A stretch of DNA of 48,712 nucleotides from Thermoleophilaceae bacterium (GTDB lineage Bacteria; Actinomycetota; Thermoleophilia; Solirubrobacterales; Thermoleophilaceae): positions 1-48,712 of the forward strand of contig JAXDIC010000020.1 in the NCBI GenBank assembly GCA_034664185.1, in the 5' to 3' direction. Below the pieces are notes generated by a model. That model saw only the letters and a list, made by a program, of their open reading frames with translations. It made no database searches and was not told where the DNA came from. The position numbers and the translations under genes were made by a program. This document shows, one piece after another, positions 16,506 through 25,846 of this stretch (position 1 is its first letter; every line of letters starts with the position of its first letter).

Positions 16506-18073
16506 CCTCGCGCCTGGTCTGCATCTCGTTCGACAGCCCGGACCTGGACATGCTCCAGCGCGGCATCGACGAGGGCTGGATGCCCGCTCTGGCCGACGTC
16601 GTCGAGCGCGGGCGGTTCGTGGCGATCGAGGACCATCAGGAGATCCTCACGGCCCCCAGCTGGCCGACACTGGTCCACGGGTGCGAGCCGACCGACCACA
16701 TGCTGTTCCGCGATGCCCAGCTCCAGAGCGGCACGTACCGGATCGAGGACGTGGACCTGGAGCAGACGGACCGCCCGCCGTTCTGGTCATACCTGAGCGA
16801 CGCCGGTCTGCGGTCCACGATCGTCAGCGTCTACGGCGGGCGGCCGTTGCCCGGCCTGCGCGGGACTCAGATCGTGGGCTGGGGGAGCCACGACCCCTTT
16901 TCCAAGACGATCGGGCAGTGGTCCAACCCACCGGATCTCATACGCTCGCTCGAGCGCGATCTCGGCAAGCGCGAGATCCGGCACGGGTTCCGAATCCCCA
17001 CGACGGCCCGGGAGTTTCGCGAGATGCGGGAGCGCTGCATACGGGGTACCGAGCAGCAGACGGTCGCGCTTCTGCGCCTGCTCGACGAGACGGAGTGGGA
17101 CTTCTTCTTCGGCTCCTTCGCGGACTGTCACGACGCCGGTCACTTCCTGCGCTGCTTCGCCGATCCGCGCGACCCCGACTGCCCCCCGGAGGTCGAGGAG
17201 GCTCTGAGCGATGCGCTGCCCACGATCTACAGGAAGGTCGACGCGGGGATCGGCCAAATCGTGGATCGGCTCCCCCCGGATACCTGCCTGATGCTCGTGA
17301 GCCCGTATGCGATGACCTGCTACGCACACGCGGTGGCGGTGGTGGACCCGGTGCTGGAGCGAGCGGGGCTGCTCGCCCGTGTCACGGGTGGCCCGTCCGG
17401 CGGTGCGCGGGTGTCCGCCCTCGGTGCGGCCAGACGCGTCGTGCACGCGCTGGTGCCGGCACGGCTGCGTCCCGCCCTGGGTGGCCTGGTGCCTCGCGAT
17501 CGCTGGGTGAAGGACCTCGTCTACGCCGACATCGACTGGCAGAGGACGTCGGCCTTCGCTCTCCTCAGCGACGGCTCGTCGGCGATCAGGCTGAACGTCG
17601 AGGGTCGCGAGCCCTCGGGCACGGTGTCGCCAGGGGAGCACTACGACAGGGTTTGCGACGAGATCAAGGCGATCTTCGCAGAGCTCGTGGCCAGCGACGA
17701 CGGGCTGCCCATGGCGGAGGAGATCGCTCGGTTCGACGAGGTCTTCGGCGCGCCGCCGGGCGCGCCGTTCCCGGACATCATGATTCGCTGGCGCGAGCGC
17801 TACAGGGTGCCGTCCGTCCGCTCCGAGCGCCTGGGAGAGGTGGATGTGGTGTCGGAGGACCCGCGGACCGCCAACCACAGGAGCCCCGGCTTCATCATCG
17901 GGTTGGGGCAGGACATCGAGGCGTCCGGCTCGACGCGCCTGGACGGCCCCCCGGCGCGGCTCGTGGACTTTGCCGCCACGGTGCTCGCCCGACTCGGGCT
18001 CGAGCAGCCTCCGACGCTCACCGGACACCCGCTCGAGATCCTCGGCGCGGGCGTCCCCGCCAGCCGTCGCTGA
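16502..18073 (+). CDS. Alkaline-phosphatase-superfamily protein (type I phosphodiesterase / nucleotide pyrophosphatase-like)
   Basis: 523 aa; ATGA overlap at 16502-16505. The N-terminus VCISFDSPDLDMLQRGIDEGWMPALADVVERG and LTAPSWPTLVHGCEPTDH resemble the metal and nucleophile region of PF01663-type enzymes. Confidence 0.55.
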   Translation: MTSRLVCISFDSPDLDMLQRGIDEGWMPALADVVERGRFVAIEDHQEILTAPSWPTLVHGCEPTDHMLFRDAQLQSGTYRIEDVDLEQTDRPPFWSYLSDAGLRSTIVSVYGGRPLPGLRGTQIVGWGSHDPFSKTIGQWSNPPDLIRSLERDLGKREIRHGFRIPTTAREFREMRERCIRGTEQQTVALLRLLDETEWDFFFGSFADCHDAGHFLRCFADPRDPDCPPEVEEALSDALPTIYRKVDAGIGQIVDRLPPDTCLMLVSPYAMTCYAHAVAVVDPVLERAGLLARVTGGPSGGARVSALGAARRVVHALVPARLRPALGGLVPRDRWVKDLVYADIDWQRTSAFALLSDGSSAIRLNVEGREPSGTVSPGEHYDRVCDEIKAIFAELVASDDGLPMAEEIARFDEVFGAPPGAPFPDIMIRWRERYRVPSVRSERLGEVDVVSEDPRTANHRSPGFIIGLGQDIEASGSTRLDGPPARLVDFAATVLARLGLEQPPTLTGHPLEILGAGVPASRR

Positions 18074-19022
18074 ACGCCGCCCTGGCGGGGCGCAGCGCCG
18101 CCGCCAGGCGCTCCCACGCGCGGTCTCCCACCATCGTGCGCCCGAGCTGCACGAGCGGGCGGATGCCGCGCGGTTGTAGGCGCCAGGCCCGCAGCAGCGC
18201 GCGGCGAGCCTCGGCGCGCTCCCCGCTGCGGGCCAGCAGCACGCCCAGGTTGAGCTGGTGCGTTGCGTCGACCCGCCGGCGCCGTTCGCCGTCCAGCCGA
18301 TCGATCCGGAGTTGGAGCACTTCCACGATCCGCCTGTAGGACGCCAGGTTGACGTCCGGCGGCGGATCGTGGAAGCGCCGGTCCACGAGGACCTCCGGCA
18401 TCGCCTGGACGTCCGCCCGGTCGGCGATCCGCACCCACAGGTCCCAGTCCTCGGCGCGCTGCATCGAGGCGTCGAACCCGTCCGCCGCCAGGAAGCTCTC
18501 GCGGCGGAGCATCACCGCGGACGGGCACATCGTCGGATGGGACAGGAGCGCGGTGCGGAGATCGCGGCCGGGATCGGGGCGGTAGCGGCTGTGCAGGCGG
18601 CGCCCGTCCCACATCTCGTACCCGCAGTCGACGCCGGCCACGCCGTCGCCGGCGGCGGTCAGGGCGGCCACCTGCCGCTCGATCTTGTCGGGGCGCCATT
18701 CGTCGTCGTCGTCCAGGAAGGCGATCAGCCGGCCCGCCGCCTCGCGCACCCCGCGGTTTCGGGCCGGGCCAGCGCCCTCGGCCGGATCGAGCCGGACCAG
18801 GCGAACCGGCACGTCGCCCGACTGCAGGCCGTCGAGCGAGACAGCCGGTAGCGACTCGTCGTCCACGACCACCAGCTCCAGCGGCCGGTAGGTCTGCCGC
18901 AGGACGCTCCGGACGGCGACGGGTACCACACCCTGCCGGTTCCGGGTCGGGATGATCGCGCTGACCAGCGGCCGCCGCGCGTCGTCGCCAGTTGCGGGGA
19001 GGGACTCCGTCAGGCGAGCCAC
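18018..19022 (-). CDS. GT2-family glycosyltransferase with a helical-repeat C-terminus; start provisional (GTG 19022)
   Basis: VSAIIPTRNRQGVVPVAVRSVLRQTYRPLELVVVDDES, FLDDDDEW and AEDWDLW are GT2 motifs. The 3' end overlaps the convergent AlkP-like gene by 56 nt. Confidence 0.8.
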   Translation of the reverse strand: MARLTESLPATGDDARRPLVSAIIPTRNRQGVVPVAVRSVLRQTYRPLELVVVDDESLPAVSLDGLQSGDVPVRLVRLDPAEGAGPARNRGVREAAGRLIAFLDDDDEWRPDKIERQVAALTAAGDGVAGVDCGYEMWDGRRLHSRYRPDPGRDLRTALLSHPTMCPSAVMLRRESFLAADGFDASMQRAEDWDLWVRIADRADVQAMPEVLVDRRFHDPPPDVNLASYRRIVEVLQLRIDRLDGERRRRVDATHQLNLGVLLARSGERAEARRALLRAWRLQPRGIRPLVQLGRTMVGDRAWERLAAALRPARAAFSDGWRGRPRRGSRAGVR

Positions 19023-19064
19023 ACTAGCCGGGGGCCCGTCGCTCGCGTGTAGCTTTCCGCGCCG

Positions 19065-20051
19065 ATGACCGCAGGCCAAGGCCCCACACGGTCCGCGTCG
19101 CCGCGGCAGCTGGATCCCGAGGGGCTCGAGCTGGCTCGCGCATGGCTCAACAACGTGCGCAACCGCGGTATCTACGAGCGACCGCGCTTCGTCTCGCTGC
19201 GAGCTGGGCTCACGCCGGCGGACCAGGCGGCGACGCTGGCGTTCGTCCTGGACGGCCGCTTCGAGGCCCTCGCCGGCGAGGACCTCGAGCCGGTCACCCG
19301 CCTGCTCGAGCCCGATTTGCACGCTCCGCCGGCCCGGATCCTCGATGCGGGCTGCGGCCCCGGTGCGACCACCCTGGCGCTGGCGGCCCGCCATTCGCCG
19401 GCCGAGGTCGTGGGCGTGGATGTCGAGGGGCCGGCGATCGACCTGGCACGCCACCTGGCACGCGACCATCCGGAGTGCAGCTTTCGCCTAGGGGCGCTGG
19501 AGGACCTCGCCGATCCGCAGGGCTTCGACCTCATCCACTGCCGGGAGGTGCTGGAGCACGTCCACGACCCGCGCCGCTCCCTACACAACCTGCTCAGCCT
19601 CCTGCGTCCGGGTGGAATCGCCTACGTGGAGACGCCGAACTACCGCTATCCATGGGAGCCGCACGTCCGCCTGCCGATCCTGCCGCACAGCCCGAAGTGG
19701 CTGCTCGTGGCCGAATGCAGGCTCGCTGGTCGCGACCCCGGGTTCGTCGACCACCTGAACCTCGAGTGCAGCCGGGCTCGGCTCCTCCGCTGGGCGCGCG
19801 AAAGCGGCCAGCCCGTCCGTGTCGTGGACCTGATGGCCCGCAAGGTCGACTCGATCCTGGCGGGCGAGCCGGGCGTCGAGCCGGTCGTGCCGCGGCGGCG
19901 CAGGGCAGTGGGCCTAATCCGGCGTTTCGGCCTCGTCCGGCCGGCCCGGCGTGTGCTGATCGATCTCGGCGCGGCGCCGAGCGTCATGCTCCTCTTCGCG
20001 AAGGTGGCTCAACCTCGCCCAGCCGCTCTGGAGGCCACCAGCTCCGAGTAG
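19065..20051 (+). CDS. Class I SAM-dependent methyltransferase
   Basis: 328 aa. ILDAGCGPGATTLALA is motif I, and VLEHVHDPRRSLHNLLSLLRPGG covers motifs II/III. Confidence 0.8.
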   Translation: MTAGQGPTRSASPRQLDPEGLELARAWLNNVRNRGIYERPRFVSLRAGLTPADQAATLAFVLDGRFEALAGEDLEPVTRLLEPDLHAPPARILDAGCGPGATTLALAARHSPAEVVGVDVEGPAIDLARHLARDHPECSFRLGALEDLADPQGFDLIHCREVLEHVHDPRRSLHNLLSLLRPGGIAYVETPNYRYPWEPHVRLPILPHSPKWLLVAECRLAGRDPGFVDHLNLECSRARLLRWARESGQPVRVVDLMARKVDSILAGEPGVEPVVPRRRRAVGLIRRFGLVRPARRVLIDLGAAPSVMLLFAKVAQPRPAALEATSSE

Positions 20052-21259
20052 AGGCCGTCGATGTCGCCAAGCAGCCGCTCGCTGGTGAAGCGAGCGCTCA
20101 CGTGGCGGCGCGCCGTGTCGCCGAGGCGCTCGCGGGCGGCCGGCTCCAGACCCGCCATCCGCCGAAGGGCGGCGGCCAGCGCGGCCACGTCGCGCGGCGG
20201 CACGATCTCCCCGGCCCCGGGGACCACGACCTCGTCCACGCCGCCCACGCGCGTGGCGATCGCCGGAGTTCCCGCCGCGGCCGCCTCGATCAGGGCGACG
20301 GGGGTGCCCTCGTTGTCGGAGCTCAGCAGGGCCACGTCAGCCGCGGCCGCCAGGCTCGGGGCGTCGTCGCGGAATCCGAGGAAGCGCACGTACCCCGCGA
20401 TCCGGAGCTCTGCAGCCAGCGACTCGAGCGCCGCCCGCTCCTCTCCGTCACCCGCGAGCGCCAGGACGACGGGGGCGCCGGCCGCCCGCGCCGCAGCCAC
20501 GGCGCGCAGCGCCAGGTCGAGCCGCTTGATCGGCACGAGTCGGCCGACCGACGTGGCCAGCACGTCGCCCGGCCCGACCGCCAGCTCGGCTCGGACGGCC
20601 GCGGCATCCTCACGCCCCACCGCGAGGAACGGGTCCAGCTCCAGCCCGAGCGCGATATGGACCAGCTTGGAGCGATCGGCCACGCGGAGTCGGACCAGGT
20701 CCTCCACGGTCGCGCGGCTGACGCCCACCAGCCGGTCGCTCACGTGAGCCAGGCTCCGCTCGAGACCGCGATAGACGGCCGTCTTGACAGGGCCGAAGTA
20801 GTGCTCAAGCACGTGCCCGTGGTAGGTGTGCACCACGATCGGCCGGGGCGAGTGCAGGCGCGCAGCGAGGCGTCCCAGGAAGCCCGCCTTGGCGGTGTGC
20901 GTGTGCACGATTTCGGGCCGGAAGCGGCGCATCGCCGCGCGGATCTGAACGAGCGCGCGAGCGTCGTCCGCGGGCGCGATCTCGGGACGGAGGGCGCCGA
21001 GGCGCGCGACCCTGGCGCCGTGCTCGGCCGCCAGGTGCTCGTAGGAGGCTTCGCCCCGCCCGAGGTGACCGCACACGAGCAGGGTCTCGTAGCGGTCGGG
21101 GTCGAGCCTGCCGGAGAGGAGGGCGACGTGCTTGGCAGGCCCCCCAACGTTCATGCGCGCGATGATCCGAAGCACGCGAGTGCGCGCGGGATCGCCCCCG
21201 GGTGCGGTGGCGTCCGAGCCGGGCACGCTCAAGCCGGCCGGCGCGTCCGCCGTGCCCAC
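20009..21259 (-). CDS. GT4-family glycosyltransferase; alternative starts TTG 21232 (TTGA overlap with upstream stop) or GTG 21226
   Basis: VLRIIARMNVGGPAKHV, HTHTAKAG and SSDNEGTPVALIEAAAAGTPAIATRVGG fit GT4. Confidence 0.85.
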   Translation of the reverse strand: MGTADAPAGLSVPGSDATAPGGDPARTRVLRIIARMNVGGPAKHVALLSGRLDPDRYETLLVCGHLGRGEASYEHLAAEHGARVARLGALRPEIAPADDARALVQIRAAMRRFRPEIVHTHTAKAGFLGRLAARLHSPRPIVVHTYHGHVLEHYFGPVKTAVYRGLERSLAHVSDRLVGVSRATVEDLVRLRVADRSKLVHIALGLELDPFLAVGREDAAAVRAELAVGPGDVLATSVGRLVPIKRLDLALRAVAAARAAGAPVVLALAGDGEERAALESLAAELRIAGYVRFLGFRDDAPSLAAAADVALLSSDNEGTPVALIEAAAAGTPAIATRVGGVDEVVVPGAGEIVPPRDVAALAAALRRMAGLEPAARERLGDTARRHVSARFTSERLLGDIDGLYSELVASRAAGRG

Positions 21260-21936
21260 GCCGCCGCCGCGACCAGCAGCGCCCCGAGAACAAAGGCGGC
21301 CGCCACGTCGCGCCAGGTGCGCGGGGTGCGGATCGCGTCGGCGGGCCGCGCGAACCGGCGGACCGAGGTCGAGCCGGCGCTGAGGCTCTCCGCCTGCTGG
21401 AGCGCCAACCCACGTACGCGCAGGCCACCGGTGCCCCGACTCTGGGAGGTCGCGGAACGAAGCCGCAGCCGCGCCTGGAGCACCAGGCCGGCCAGGATCG
21501 CCTGGCGCTTGGCGATGAGCTGCCTGGCCGCCTCGTTGGCCAGCATCGCGCTCCCCCGGCGGTCACCCGCTGACGCGGCCACGGTTACCCCGAGCGCCAG
21601 GGAGTCCTCGGTCATCAGGACGTCCTGACCGGCACCGGGGCGGCCGAGACGTCGCTCGGCGGCGTCGGCCGCCGCGCTCGCCTGCGCTTGGGTGAACGCC
21701 AGCCCCCCGTTCGCCTTGGCCAGCTCGCCACGGAAGCCGCCCTGGAGGAGGACCGACGCGATCTCGTTCGAGTTCGTGCCGTGCGGAAGGCTCACGAACG
21801 CCGTGGTCGAGAACCTGGTCGGCAGGAGCGAGGTCACAGCGAGCGTCGCGGCTGCCAGGACCACTGGGAGCAGGAGCGGCGCGTATCGCACCAACACGGC
21901 CCGCGGGCCGGCGGGTGCCGCGAGCGCGGCGGTCAC
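21229..21936 (-). CDS. Short Wzz-like polysaccharide co-polymerase / chain-length determinant candidate
   Basis: 235 codons from GTG 21936, which makes a GTGA overlap with the upstream stop. An N-terminal TM is followed by TRFSTTAFVSL (Wzz-like PxYxA-type segment), a soluble Ala/Gln-rich helical region, and a C-terminal TM with a proline-containing segment (RTPRTWRDVAAAFVLGALLV). No kinase domain is present. Confidence 0.5.
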   Translation of the reverse strand: MTAALAAPAGPRAVLVRYAPLLLPVVLAAATLAVTSLLPTRFSTTAFVSLPHGTNSNEIASVLLQGGFRGELAKANGGLAFTQAQASAAADAAERRLGRPGAGQDVLMTEDSLALGVTVAASAGDRRGSAMLANEAARQLIAKRQAILAGLVLQARLRLRSATSQSRGTGGLRVRGLALQQAESLSAGSTSVRRFARPADAIRTPRTWRDVAAAFVLGALLVAAAAWARRTRRPA

Positions 21937-23198
21937 GTTGCCGGCACCGGAGCCGCTCTTCTGCTCACGCGCTCCGGCATGAGCACGCACACCAGCGCGC
22001 ATACCGCGACCAGCACGTGGGTGCGGTAGCGGAAGCCGGTGCCCGCGTTGCCGGTGCTCAGCGCGTATGCGACCGTCACGGCGAGGAACATGTAGACCAG
22101 CGGCGGCGCCCTCGTCACCAGCACCCGGCGTCGCGCGATGGCCAGCACCACCAGAGTGGCTAACAGGACCCAGGCGACGGACGTGCCGAGCACCCCGAAC
22201 CTCTGACTGGTGTCGCCGACCTGCCACGGGAACGGCTGGAAGAGGAAGCCGCCGAGGCGCACGGGCAGGTTGCTGATGAGGTGACCAGGGGTCGATACGT
22301 CAATCGGCTGAAGCGTGAGGTTGCCCGGATTCTGGCTGTAGGAGTCCTGGGACCGCTGGAGGTGCTGGAGAATGTCGCCTCGGTGCAGGACATAGGCGGT
22401 GCCGCCTATGAGCAGCACCACGCACGCAGCCGACAGCACGAGCGCGCGGCGCCGCCACGGGCCGAGGCGTCTGAGGCCGGCATGGGCGGCGATCGCGAGG
22501 GCGGCGGCACCCAGCGCGATCCCGACGTAGGGACGGATCATGAGCGCCAGCATCACGGCCACGGCGATGAACAACGCTCCCACCGGCCGCCTGCGCGTGT
22601 ACACCTGAGCGCCCCCGTAGATCAGGAGGCCGCCCGCGAGAAGGAGGAGCGCCTCCTTGTGCACTAACCCTGAGAAGAAGACGTTGCTGGGCTCCACGGC
22701 CAGCAACCACGCGGTCAGGCGCGCCGCTCGCCCGCCCGCCAGGTCGTAGACCGCCACCGCCACCAGAACGATCGCGACCACCCCCAGCCCAATCTGCGCG
22801 AGCCGCAGGTGAAAGACGCCGGCGTCTCCGAAGATCTTGATCTGGCCCGCGAAGACGTAGCTGTGCAGGCTGCCACCCGACGGCGACCAAATCCCGTTGC
22901 CGTGGTTCCCGATCGCGACTCCATGAAGGATCGCGTTGGCCTCGCTCAGGAACTGCGTCTCGTCCGTCCCACGCACGTGCTGGAGCGCGGGAACGGCCGA
23001 GAAGAGTGCGGCGCACAGCACCCGCGCGGCAGCCGCGAGCAGCACGGGCTGCCCGATCCGCAGCTCCGGTCGCGACCTCCCGAGCCGGTCAAGGACGGCG
23101 GCCACCAGCCAGCCCATCGCGACGACGGTGATGAGCGACGCGAGGATCGCGTAGAGGGTCCGGTCCTCCCCGAGGACGACCGATCCGAGCGCCCTCAC
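21933..23198 (-). CDS. Polytopic membrane protein, candidate Wzy-type polymerase (or other GT-C-like enzyme)
   Basis: 421 aa with about 10 or more TM segments and loops. It lies between a GT4 and a Wzz-like gene, with GTGA overlaps at both ends. I recognised no definitive motif. Confidence 0.4.
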   Translation of the reverse strand: MRALGSVVLGEDRTLYAILASLITVVAMGWLVAAVLDRLGRSRPELRIGQPVLLAAAARVLCAALFSAVPALQHVRGTDETQFLSEANAILHGVAIGNHGNGIWSPSGGSLHSYVFAGQIKIFGDAGVFHLRLAQIGLGVVAIVLVAVAVYDLAGGRAARLTAWLLAVEPSNVFFSGLVHKEALLLLAGGLLIYGGAQVYTRRRPVGALFIAVAVMLALMIRPYVGIALGAAALAIAAHAGLRRLGPWRRRALVLSAACVVLLIGGTAYVLHRGDILQHLQRSQDSYSQNPGNLTLQPIDVSTPGHLISNLPVRLGGFLFQPFPWQVGDTSQRFGVLGTSVAWVLLATLVVLAIARRRVLVTRAPPLVYMFLAVTVAYALSTGNAGTGFRYRTHVLVAVCALVCVLMPERVSRRAAPVPAT

Positions 23199-24322
23199 GC
23201 CGCGTTCGCCACGGTCCGGTAGAGCTCCTGCTTCCTGGTCACGGTCCGGTCGATCGGAAACTCGGCCTCGACCCGCCGCCTGGCGGCCCGGCCGAGCCGG
23301 GTGCGAAGCTCCGGGTCCACGAGCAGCCGGCGGAGCGCGTCAGCCAGCCCCGAAGGCGACGCCGAGGGCACCAGCAGCCCGGTCTCGTCGGCGACGACCA
23401 GATCGGCTATGCCGTTGACGGCCGTACCCACGACCGGGAGCCCGGTGGCCATCGCCTCCAGCACGCTGCCGGCCATCCCCTCCCAGGCGGATGGGAGGCA
23501 GAACACGTCGGCGTCGCCGTAGAGGGCAGCCAGGTCCGCGGTGCCCACCGCGCCCAGGAACGAGACGCGATCGCCCAGGTCCGCCGCGCTTCGCCGGATC
23601 TGATCGAGACGCGGCCCGTCCCCCGCGAACGCCAGCCGGAACGGCACTCCCTCTGCCGCCAGCATCCGCGCCGCCTCGATGAGGTCCTGGTGTCGCTTGC
23701 GCGCGACGAACCGCGCGACGCAGAGGATGGTTGGCGTCCCGCTGCCGGGGCGCACCGCTTCCGGCCATTCCTCGGCGTCGATGCCGCTCGGGATGTAGTG
23801 GAGCTTGCTCGGGGGAATGCCCAATGACGCGAGCAGGTCGAGGGCTCCTCGCGAGTTCGCCTCGTACATGTTCACGAGCGGTGCCCCGATGCGCTCGACC
23901 AACGAGACGAAGCGCGCCTTGGGGCCGTGGAGGTTCTCGAACTCGGAGACGTGAAGAGCCTGGACACCGCACACCAGCGCGGTGGAGGGACTGAGCACGC
24001 GAACGAGCACGCGACCCACGGTGGTGGCCTTGAAGCCGTAGGCCACAGCCACGTCGTAGCGCTCGCGCGCGAGCAGACGGGCGAGCCTGGCGAAGGCGAC
24101 CAGCAGCCCATGCTTGCCCAGCGAGCGCACCTCGATGCCGTGAGCCGCCAGCCGCGCCGCGACCGGCCCCGGCGGAGCAAGCGTGACCAGCTCCATGCGG
24201 GTCAGCTCCGGGTCGGCGCGCTCGAGCACGGACGCGAGTACGAGCTCGGTTCCCCCGATCGCGTCGCACGTGAGTATCTGGAGAACGCGCGGTGTTGAGC
24301 CAGGGGCCGGCATCGCGGCCAA
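23195..24322 (-). CDS. GT4-family glycosyltransferase (track start TTG 24322; ATG 24313 equally plausible)
   Basis: RVLQILTCDAIGGTELV and PSAWEGMAGSVLEAMATGLPVVGTAVNG (EX7E) fit GT4. Confidence 0.85.
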   Translation of the reverse strand: MAAMPAPGSTPRVLQILTCDAIGGTELVLASVLERADPELTRMELVTLAPPGPVAARLAAHGIEVRSLGKHGLLVAFARLARLLARERYDVAVAYGFKATTVGRVLVRVLSPSTALVCGVQALHVSEFENLHGPKARFVSLVERIGAPLVNMYEANSRGALDLLASLGIPPSKLHYIPSGIDAEEWPEAVRPGSGTPTILCVARFVARKRHQDLIEAARMLAAEGVPFRLAFAGDGPRLDQIRRSAADLGDRVSFLGAVGTADLAALYGDADVFCLPSAWEGMAGSVLEAMATGLPVVGTAVNGIADLVVADETGLLVPSASPSGLADALRRLLVDPELRTRLGRAARRRVEAEFPIDRTVTRKQELYRTVANAA

Positions 24323-24370
24323 GGTAGCGCAGCGGATCGTCTACCGTGCCCGGCGGACCCGCCCCGGCCA

Positions 24371-25840
24371 ATGGACGCGATCGCCCCAACCGACGACCTC
24401 GCAGGCCGCTACGAGGACGCCAAGCGACGGGCGGTGGCCGGCAGCGGGGCGATGCTCACCCGCCACGTCCTCTGGGCGCTGATCAGCCTCGCGGGCAGCG
24501 CCGTGCTCATCCGGTCGCTCGGGCCCGCGCACTGGGCGAGCTACGGGATCGCGTACTTCCTGATCCTCGCCTTCGACAACGCCTTCGGCGCCAGCTTTCT
24601 GGGGCGCCTGGTCCGCACGCCGGATCCGCCGGACGCACGGGACCGGGAGGCCGCCGCAGCGCTCATGGCTCTGGTCGGGGTCGGTGCGCTGGCGCTGTTC
24701 GCGGCTATCAGCATCCCCGCCGCCGACCTGTACGGCCGCCGCGAGCTTGCCGGCTGCCTGGCCGGCGCCGGGGTCTGCGCCCTCGTCTACTCGTCGCGGG
24801 CCACCTCGGTGGCGCTGCTCGAGCGCGACCTGCGGTACCGGACCGTGGCCGCGGCGGAGCTGCTCGACCAGGCCACGTTCTACGTCCTGGCCATCGCGCT
24901 CGTCGCGGCCGGGCAGGGCCTGCGCGGCGTCGCGATCGCGCTGGCGGTCCGTGGGGTACCCGCGGCGGTCTTCCTCCGCCGCCGCCAGCCCAGCCCTCGA
25001 CTCGGGCACCTCCATCGCGACCGCCTCCGCGGGCTGCTCGGCTTCGGCACTCCGGCGATGGGAGCGTCGGCGCTGGTCCTGTTCACCGGACTGGTCCCCG
25101 CCGTGGTGCTCGGGGGCGGCCACGCGCGGATCCTGGGGTTCGTGCTCGCGTCGGCCACGATCCTGGGGTACGCCAGCACCGCTCAGGTGATCGTCCAGCG
25201 CGTCGGGTTCCCGACCTTCGCGTCACTGGCCGCGGACCCCGCGCGGCTCGGGTCTGCCATCCGGCGCACGGTGCACCTGAACAACACCCTGGTGGTCCCT
25301 CTGGTCGCGTCGCTCGGTGCCCTGTCGCCAGTCTGGCTGCCCCTGCTGCTGGGCTCGCAGTGGCGTGCCGCCGCCCCGATCTTCGTCGGCATCGCGGCGG
25401 GCTATGCGTTCAGCGGCGTGTCCGCGATCGGCACCACCGCGCTCCAGGGACTGGGCCATCCGGGCCGGGCGTTCCGGCTGCAGGCGGCCACCACCGCGCT
25501 CTATGCGGGCGCCGCGTTCCCCCTCGTCCTGGCCACCCCGCGGCTCGGGGTGCCCATCGCCTGGTCGGCCTCGCGAGCCTTCGCTGCCGGCCTGGCGGCC
25601 TGGCTCGTGCGCCGCGCCGGACACTCGCTGGCCAGCGTGGCCGAGCTCGCCGTGCTCTGCGTCGCGGCGGCCGTCACGGTCGGCCTGGGCGCGCTGACGC
25701 GTTCAGGGGGCGGGATCGAGGCAGCGGCTGCGCTCGCCGTGCTCGTCCCGTGCTGGTTCGCGCTGCGACGGGACGACTTCACGGCGCTCTGGTCGTCGCT
25801 TCGAAACCTTCGGGGCGCCAGGCTCGACCCGGCGGGCTGA
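24371..25840 (+). CDS. Second Wzx-like flippase / polysaccharide biosynthesis protein (MOP superfamily)
   Basis: 489 aa with about 12-14 TM segments and LIRSLGPAHWASYGIAY near the N-terminus. Confidence 0.65.
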   Translation: MDAIAPTDDLAGRYEDAKRRAVAGSGAMLTRHVLWALISLAGSAVLIRSLGPAHWASYGIAYFLILAFDNAFGASFLGRLVRTPDPPDARDREAAAALMALVGVGALALFAAISIPAADLYGRRELAGCLAGAGVCALVYSSRATSVALLERDLRYRTVAAAELLDQATFYVLAIALVAAGQGLRGVAIALAVRGVPAAVFLRRRQPSPRLGHLHRDRLRGLLGFGTPAMGASALVLFTGLVPAVVLGGGHARILGFVLASATILGYASTAQVIVQRVGFPTFASLAADPARLGSAIRRTVHLNNTLVVPLVASLGALSPVWLPLLLGSQWRAAAPIFVGIAAGYAFSGVSAIGTTALQGLGHPGRAFRLQAATTALYAGAAFPLVLATPRLGVPIAWSASRAFAAGLAAWLVRRAGHSLASVAELAVLCVAAAVTVGLGALTRSGGGIEAAAALAVLVPCWFALRRDDFTALWSSLRNLRGARLDPAG

Positions 25841-25846
25841 GATCGG

